Assembly (NCBI GenBank): GCA_035696125.1
Contig: DASRQZ010000036.1
Span: 11,110-75,109, forward strand
DNA from: Polyangia bacterium
GTDB taxonomy: Bacteria; Myxococcota_A; Polyangia; Fen-1088
Length of the DNA: 64,000 bases
Reading direction: 5' to 3'
Below are positions 55,733-64,000 of the stretch, piece by piece. Position 1 is the first letter of the stretch; every line of letters starts with the position of its first letter. Position numbers and translations under genes: made by a program. The notes under the pieces are model-generated. The model ran no database searches. It saw only the letters and a program-made list of their open reading frames with translations, and was not told the DNA's origin.

Positions 55733-55858
55733 TTGTCAGTCATCAGTCATCAGTCATCAGGAACAGGGGGCCTGACCCAATGCCTGCCCGATTCCACCTG
55801 AAGTCGAAGTCCGAGTCTGAAGTCCGAACTGAAGACTGAAAACTGACGACTGAAAACA
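55733..55858. repeat. Hairpin element E12, CAGTCAT / CTGAAGT heptamer-repeat type, between ureD and ureAB
   Basis: ttgtcagtcatcagtcatcagtcatcagg faces ctgaagactgaaaactgacgactgaaaac. The interior adds ctgaagtcgaagtccgagtctgaagtccgaa. Confidence 0.7.
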
Positions 55859-55926
55859 GTCCGCTTCACAGCCATGCACCAGATCTCCACCAACGGTCGG
55901 TTAGAAGCTGAAGGAGCAACAACGAG

Positions 55927-58286
<2,360 letters not shown>

Positions 58287-58315
58287 TTGCTGTTCCCAGC
58301 GAGGAGGACGAAGGC

Positions 58316-58864
58316 ATGTTGCACCTCAACGAGTTACTGGGCCCCGACCCAGGGGCGCGCGCCACTTCCGGGCGTGCCCGTGACGCTGTGTTGACCCTCA
58401 GCTACGACGAGCGGCGGCGCAGCCGGCTGCTGGCCACGCTGGACGACGGGCGCGAGGTCGCGCTCATGCTGCCGCGCGGGACCATCCTGCGCCACGGCGA
58501 CCAGCTGCGCGGCGATGGCGGTCTCACCGTCGAGGTGCGCGCCGCCGCCGAGAGCCTGTCGATCGCCGCCACCGGCGACCCGCATCTGCTCACGCGCGCC
58601 GCCTACCACCTGGGCAACCGTCACGTGCCGCTGGAGATCGGCGGCGGCTGGGTCGCTTACGCGCACGATCACGTGCTGGACACCATGGTGCGCGGCCTGG
58701 GCCTGGAGGTCTCGCCGCGCGTCGCCCCCTTCGAGCCGGAGGCGGGCGCCTTCCAGCACGACGGCGGTGGCGGGCACTCGCACGGCGGCGGACGCGCGCA
58801 CCACCACGACCACGACCACGACCGCGACAGCGACCGCGGTCCCGACCACGGCCGCGGGCCATGA
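58316..58864 (+). CDS. ureE: Urease accessory metallochaperone UreE with His/Asp-rich tail
   Basis: GAGGAGGA RBS and ATG 58316. It carries [14 protein letters not shown], and the C-terminus is [20 protein letters not shown]. Confidence 0.9.
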   Translation: MLHLNELLGPDPGARATSGRARDAVLTLSYDERRRSRLLATLDDGREVALMLPRGTILRHGDQLRGDGGLTVEVRAAAESLSIAATGDPHLLTRAAYHLGNRHVPLEIGGGWVAYAHDHVLDTMVRGLGLEVSPRVAPFEPEAGAFQHDGGGGHSHGGGRAHHHDHDHDRDSDRGPDHGRGP

Positions 58865-59535
58865 GCGATCCGGTCGCGTCCCTGCGCCTGTTGCAGCTGG
58901 TCAGCCCGGCGCTGCCGATCGGCACCTTCGCCTATTCGCAGGCGCTCGAGGCCGCCGTCGCCGCCGGCTGGATCGATGGCGAGCCCGGCGCGCGCGACTG
59001 GATCGGCGGCTTGCTGGCGGGCACGGTGGGCGGCCTCGACCTGCCGGTGCTGCTGCGCCTGCACGGCGCCTGGACGCGCGACGACCAGGACGCCGTCGCC
59101 GCCTGGTCGCGCTTCCTGCTCGCCGCGCGCGCCGCGGGCGAGCTGCAGACCGAGGAGCGCCAGCTGGGCGGCAATCTGGCGCGGCTGCTGGGCGGCCTTG
59201 GCGTCGGGGAAGCGCCGGCGTGGATCGCGCGCGCCGACGTCAGCTACGCCGCGATGTTCGCGCTCGCCGCCGTGCGCTGGCAGATCCCGCTCGCCAGCGC
59301 CTTGCAGGGTCATGCCTTCGCCTGGGTCGAGGCCCAGACCAGCGCCGCCGTGCGCCTGGTCCCGCTGGGCCAGACCGCGGGCCAGCGCATCTTGCTCGAG
59401 CTCGGCGCGCTCATCCCCGCCGTGGTCGCGCGCGCGCTGGCCGTGGCCGACGACGACATCGCCGCCGCCGCCCCCTCGCACGCCATCGCCAGCGCGCGGC
59501 ACGAAACCCAGTACTCGCGCCTGTTCCGATCCTGA
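58861..59535 (+). CDS. ureF: Urease accessory protein UreF
   Basis: There is an ATGA overlap with ureE. The blocks are [21 protein letters not shown] and [14 protein letters not shown]. Confidence 0.9.
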   Translation: MSDPVASLRLLQLVSPALPIGTFAYSQALEAAVAAGWIDGEPGARDWIGGLLAGTVGGLDLPVLLRLHGAWTRDDQDAVAAWSRFLLAARAAGELQTEERQLGGNLARLLGGLGVGEAPAWIARADVSYAAMFALAAVRWQIPLASALQGHAFAWVEAQTSAAVRLVPLGQTAGQRILLELGALIPAVVARALAVADDDIAAAAPSHAIASARHETQYSRLFRS

Positions 59536-59564
59536 GCGCACCCCGAGCCAGGAGCACCACCACC

Positions 59565-60182
<618 letters not shown>

Positions 60183-60225
60183 TCACAATGCCGGTCACCT
60201 GGCGGAATCTTCCTATCTGTCTTTA

Positions 60226-60255
60226 GGGTCCTTGCGGGTCCTTGCGGGTCCTTGC
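60226..60255. repeat. Tandem repeat E13: (GGGTCCTTGC)x3 after ureG
   Basis: There are three exact 10-nt units, and I found no complementary arm nearby. Confidence 0.7.
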
Positions 60256-60286
60256 GAGCGCCGGCGCGCGTCGTTAACGTCCGGGC

Positions 60287-60700
60287 ATGATCCAGGGCCA
60301 CTGTTTTTGTGGGTTCGTTCGCTATGAAGCGGATGGGCCGCTCTCGAACGAAACACTCTGCCACTGCTCGATCTGCCGGCGGGTGAGCGGCGCGCCGGTG
60401 GTGGCGTGGGCGACGGTTCCGCGCGCGGGCTTTCGTATTGTGTCGGGGGCACCGGCCAGCCTCCGCTCCTCGGATCACGGCACCCGCGCTTTCTGCCCGC
60501 GGTGCGGGACGGCGCTCACCTTCCAGTCCGCCCGACTGCCCGACGAGATCGACGTCACCATCTGTTCGCTGGACGATCCGGCGGCGGTGGCGCCGCGCGA
60601 TCAGACCCGCGTGAGCTCGCGCCTACCGTGGATGCGGGCCGCCGATGCGCTGCCGGCTTTTGCCGAAGCACGAACGCCGGAGCCGGGCCAGAAGCGCTAG
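60287..60700 (+). CDS. GFA-family (CENP-V/glutathione-dependent formaldehyde-activating-like) zinc protein
   Basis: The family Cys pattern is present: GHCFCGFVRY, CHCSICRR and FCPRCGTALTF. Confidence 0.85.
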   Translation: MIQGHCFCGFVRYEADGPLSNETLCHCSICRRVSGAPVVAWATVPRAGFRIVSGAPASLRSSDHGTRAFCPRCGTALTFQSARLPDEIDVTICSLDDPAAVAPRDQTRVSSRLPWMRAADALPAFAEARTPEPGQKR

Positions 60701-61383
60701 CCCACGGCGTCCAGCGCGACGACGTGCTCTTGCACCAGATAGAGTGGCGACCAGGGTGCGGCGACGAAGGCGCGGCGCAGGCGGGCGTCGCGGTAGGGAT
60801 GCGGGCCGGGCGCTGGGGGATCGGGATTGGCTTCGTAGCTGGCGCGACCGTAAACCGTGAGGATCTCGCCAGGCACCACGGTCAGCTCGCGGTACTCGAG
60901 CTCGAGGTCGGCGCTGGGCGTCTGGTTGGTGCGTGGCGCCAGGAACTGGGTGCGGTTGGCCGACAGCGACACCCTCCAGTTGCCCAGCAGCGACAGGTGG
61001 GCGTGCGCGATGCGCACGCGCGCGCGGCCGGTGCCGTCGTCCAGGATAAGGTCGCGGCCACCGGTCTCGCGCGCCAGATCCGTCGACGGCCAGTCGGGCC
61101 AAAGGTAGCTCCGGTCGTCTCGGTGCCATTCTTCCGACGGGGCACGCTGCAGCGGGATCCAGCTCAGAGCGCGGCGCACCAGCTTGGCGTCGACACTGTA
61201 GACCGCGCACGGCGCGCCGGTCACCGGGGCCGCCACGGGCGGGCGGTCCAGCGCCACGAAGCCGCGCACCTTGACCAGCGCGTCGGCCTGCACGGCGCGG
61301 ATGGGCGTACGCGCGATGCGTCTCAGCTCCAGGCGGAGGCTGGTCGCTTCCTTGTCGTCCATCAACGACGGAGCGTCGGCCAT
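60697..61383 (-). CDS. Hypothetical protein, possibly GIDE-like beta domain
   Basis: ATG 61383 is in frame with ORF 60697..61599. The segments VKVRGFVA...APVTGAPCAVY, LILDDGTGRARV and ELTVVPGEILTVYGRA resemble the GIDE pattern. No TM helix is present. The family call is weak. Confidence 0.55.
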   Translation of the reverse strand: MADAPSLMDDKEATSLRLELRRIARTPIRAVQADALVKVRGFVALDRPPVAAPVTGAPCAVYSVDAKLVRRALSWIPLQRAPSEEWHRDDRSYLWPDWPSTDLARETGGRDLILDDGTGRARVRIAHAHLSLLGNWRVSLSANRTQFLAPRTNQTPSADLELEYRELTVVPGEILTVYGRASYEANPDPPAPGPHPYRDARLRRAFVAAPWSPLYLVQEHVVALDAVG

Positions 61384-61616
61384 CCCTGACAGTGTGCCAC
61401 GCCAACCGGCCCGCCGCCGACGGCTCAGGGGATGTAAATCGCGCACTCCCAGAGCAGCGACCCGTCGCTCTGCATGAGGCAGCGCGACATATTGGTTCCA
61501 CCCCGCCGGAGAGGCAACGCTGAGGCGACACGGTCGCTCAGCGGCGCGCCGGAGGAGCCGAGGAGGCACCGGGCTCCGATTCCTCGGCTCTCCGTGCACC
61601 GAAATGCGGGGCGTTT

Positions 61617-62339
61617 CTATGGCGTGGAGTTGTTCCCCGACGCCGCGCCCGAGCCCGTTCGGCCGGCGCCGGACTTCTCCATGCTTCCGGTGCTGTCCGT
61701 GCCCTGGCGCTGGGTATCCGCGCCGCTTCCTGACTGGCTGCGCCGGCTCTTGCCTTTGCGGTTCGACGAGGACGAGCTGCCGGACCCCGTAGTGGAATCG
61801 CCACGCTCGGAGCCGGTTGCGCGTGAACCGCTGGTGTCGGTGCCGGTGGCGTTGCCGGTCGTCGAGCCGCTGCTGCCGGTCCCGATACCGGTCGGGTCCG
61901 AGGCACTGCCGGCATTCAAGCCAGTGGTCGAGCCGCTGTTGCCGGCGCCGGTCCTGCTACTCCCCGCGCTGGTGCCACTGCTTCCAATCGTCGAGCCGCT
62001 GGTGCCGGACCCGGTGGTCCCGGTCCCGTCGCTGCCGGCACCTACGCTGGGCACCGTCGACCCGCTGCCGCTACCGCCGGTGCGGGTGGGATTGTTGGTG
62101 TCGTAGATGTCGGAACCCGGACCGCCGTACGGATCGGAAGCTTTCGGGGCGGGCGTCAGGCCGGCGCCCGGGGTCGAAGGAGCCGAAGCTGTGGTTCCGG
62201 GCGCGCTGCTGCCCGTGCCGCTGGGGGTGGCCGCGGATGCCTGAGCCAGTACACGCTGCGGAACGGCGCGCGCGCCCGACGACTGAACCGGAGTCGGCAA
62301 GGTTGCCAACGTAAACGTCAAGAACAGCGTAGTCATCAT
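61617..62339 (-). CDS. Secreted Gly/Ser/Thr-rich low-complexity protein
   Basis: GGGAGGA RBS before ATGATG at 62339 and the signal MMTTLFLTFTLATLPTPVQS. The ~200-aa body is dominated by G/S/T with a basic patch, NRKGKSRRSQ. Confidence 0.6.
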   Translation of the reverse strand: MMTTLFLTFTLATLPTPVQSSGARAVPQRVLAQASAATPSGTGSSAPGTTASAPSTPGAGLTPAPKASDPYGGPGSDIYDTNNPTRTGGSGSGSTVPSVGAGSDGTGTTGSGTSGSTIGSSGTSAGSSRTGAGNSGSTTGLNAGSASDPTGIGTGSSGSTTGNATGTDTSGSRATGSERGDSTTGSGSSSSSNRKGKSRRSQSGSGADTQRQGTDSTGSMEKSGAGRTGSGAASGNNSTP

Positions 62340-62754
62340 GAGCGTAATCCTCCCTGGGGGAGCAACTTGAGACCACCCTCGAGACAGTCCAGGGGGAGAC
62401 GCTGGAATCGGGTTCACCCCAAATTTTGCGGAAACTCGCAGCGCCAGCCCTTGCGCGCCAAGGTCCAGTTGTCCGCGCACCTCAGCGGTGCCATTGGCTC
62501 CTGGCCTCCAGATGACAATCTCCGCAAACCCGTCCGAATGCACCGCGGCGGCAAGAATATCCGGTCACGCTGCAGCCGGTTCACGCGGGGGTCGCGCCGC
62601 CGCCCGTGCTATCCCGACCCGGCCCGGCCTGTGACCTGAACTCTACAAAGGTTGGTCGGATCCCAGCTTGCCACGTGTAGGGTAGTTCGGGAGAATGCGG
62701 CTTGTGGGGACCGCTCGCCCCCCACAAGGCGTTCTCAATCTTGGGGGATATCAC

Positions 62755-63777
62755 ATGAAGGCATTTCTCTGCATCGTCTCGGTAGTTCCCCTGTTCATCG
62801 CTGGCGCCTGCGCGCCAACGACGAGCGCTCCTCCAACGGATAGCGCCGTCTCGGGTACAGGTGGAACAGCCGAAACGGGCACCGGTGGTGCGGTCGGCAC
62901 CGGTGGTGCGATCGGCACTGGTGGTGCGATCGGCAGCACCGGCGGCGCAAACGGCGACGCTGGCATGGTCGGCATCGGTGGTGCGAACGGGACCGGTGGT
63001 GCGGTCGGCACGGGTGGTGCTGGCGTCACTATCGCCTCCATCGCTGGCATTCCGAACACCTTTGGGGAGCGTTTGATGGATTCCTTCATCATGTTCCCGT
63101 GCTTGAGCACGGCAAACCAGGACTGCGTCACTGCCGTCCAGTGTCCAAATCAGAACACCTCGTTGCCGTTTGAACAGCAAGGCCTGATCACAAATGAGGT
63201 CTTCACGATCGGCGGCACACCCGGTGCAATGTACAGGCTTACAGTCAGGGTGAACGGCATAGCCGAGGCGAAGTACTACACTGGTGGCACCAGGTTTGCC
63301 GGGAACGGGATCCTGCCAAACTCCGACCCCATCGGTGGCGTCGACACATTCTACACGGGCGGCACGCCAGTGAACGTCGAGAACTACAACGTCTACAAGT
63401 TCATCGTCAAGAACGCCGCGGGGACCGAGTTGCAGCACTACTACCTGAACTCTTTCCCCCAGGTCGCCACCCCGTACGAGAACCACCAGACGTTCCCGAT
63501 TGCGTTCACCCACGACATTCCCGTCGTCGGCGGCGGAACGTTCACCTTCTTCTCTTCGGATCGTAATTGCCGCGCCATCGACAATTGCGGAATCGGATTC
63601 CGGGCCACTTCATGCGCGGTTAGTGACGGACGGCCGGTTCCGAACGAGCCGAACCTGGTGATCCCGACCATGTATATGGGCCAGTCGGTGGCCTCGATAA
63701 ACACGCGCAACCAAAACGCCCAGCCGTTCCACTCGCAGATCTTCCATATCGTAGTGACCGCAGTAACACCGATGTAA
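62755..63777 (+). CDS. Lipoprotein with (TGG.xG)n tether and unknown ~260-aa Cys-containing domain
   Basis: ATG 62755 and the lipobox LFIAGAC. The tether is GTGGTAETGTGGAVGTGGAIGTGGAIG.... The globular part has protein-like composition and no family I recognise. It lies in a lower-GC stretch. Confidence 0.75.
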   Translation: MKAFLCIVSVVPLFIAGACAPTTSAPPTDSAVSGTGGTAETGTGGAVGTGGAIGTGGAIGSTGGANGDAGMVGIGGANGTGGAVGTGGAGVTIASIAGIPNTFGERLMDSFIMFPCLSTANQDCVTAVQCPNQNTSLPFEQQGLITNEVFTIGGTPGAMYRLTVRVNGIAEAKYYTGGTRFAGNGILPNSDPIGGVDTFYTGGTPVNVENYNVYKFIVKNAAGTELQHYYLNSFPQVATPYENHQTFPIAFTHDIPVVGGGTFTFFSSDRNCRAIDNCGIGFRATSCAVSDGRPVPNEPNLVIPTMYMGQSVASINTRNQNAQPFHSQIFHIVVTAVTPM

Positions 63778-64000
63778 GCGGGGCGGCGCTCCGCGTGCGA
63801 GAGGCGACGGAGAGGCGCTGAGACCGAGGGCTCCAGGCCGGGTCTGTTGCCAACCTGCATCGGGAGGTCGTCTGTTGTTGTGGCGTGGTGGAGGACCGCT
63901 GTTGATGAGCTGCCCCGCAGGGCCGCTATTCTGGAAACCCTTCACCGCACGGAAAGGGAGCGAAACGTGAGGCACATCCACTCAATCAAATCGTCCCGAC

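Noticed and set aside
61394-61399. A TGGCAC on the minus strand just upstream of the 60697..61383 gene looks like a sigma-54 -24 box.
   Set aside because: The expected TTGC(A/T) -12 element 5 nt downstream is absent (CAGGG instead). The box also sits only ~10 nt from the ATG, too close for a promoter.
63967-64000. A GTG preceded by AAGGGAG near the window end could start another gene.
   Set aside because: Only 11 codons are visible, which is too short to support a call.

Overview
This is a high-GC bacterial chromosomal segment. Hand counts of sample 60-nt lines give about 70-73 percent GC, falling to about 55-57 percent after ~62.6 kb. The gene content looks Myxococcota-like, which is an inference from content only: DUF1592/DUF1552 pairs, several Ser/Thr kinases and ECF sigma factors, a PEGA domain, and many lipoproteins with Gly-rich tethers. 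I can support about 50 protein genes and 2 pseudogenes. I found no rRNA, tRNA, CRISPR array, transposase or integrase.

Gene blocks in order:
- 0-5 kb: LysR fragment, small membrane protein, metallophosphoesterase, two small lipoproteins, and a Ser/Thr kinase divergent from an ECF sigma factor.
- 5.4-8.6 kb: orphan sugar-binding lipoprotein next to a decayed permease, then a secreted hydrolase-like lipoprotein.
- 8.7-13 kb: ECF sigma, FecR-like anti-sigma, beta-barrel-like protein and LamG lipoprotein.
- 13.1-19.2 kb, minus strand: tightly coupled operon of DUF1592, DUF1552, alpha/beta hydrolase, OsmC and CapA.
- 19.3-28.6 kb: EamA transporter, PEGA kinase, DUF1111 di-heme protein, CheX-like protein and a PAS histidine kinase.
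- 28.9-35.6 kb: a Cys-rich modular lipoprotein and a TamB-like giant protein.
- 35.6-39.4 kb: ftsH and malic enzyme.
- 39.5-60.2 kb: a nitrogen-scavenging supercluster. It holds a multi-CxxCH lipoprotein, porin-urtABCDE, a BMP-type ABC transporter with an embedded isochorismatase-like cysteine hydrolase, a cupin, and ureD-ureAB-ureC-ureE-ureF-ureG.
- 60.3-64 kb: GFA protein and unknown secreted proteins.

The main structure the genes do not explain is a family of at least 13 intergenic hairpin elements whose arms are short tandem repeats. One carries a decayed four-helix-bundle (23S-IVS-type) gene, and several sit inside operons.

All family calls come from motif recognition by eye, with no database search. 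Start codons are often uncertain in this GC range, whereas stop positions are reliable.
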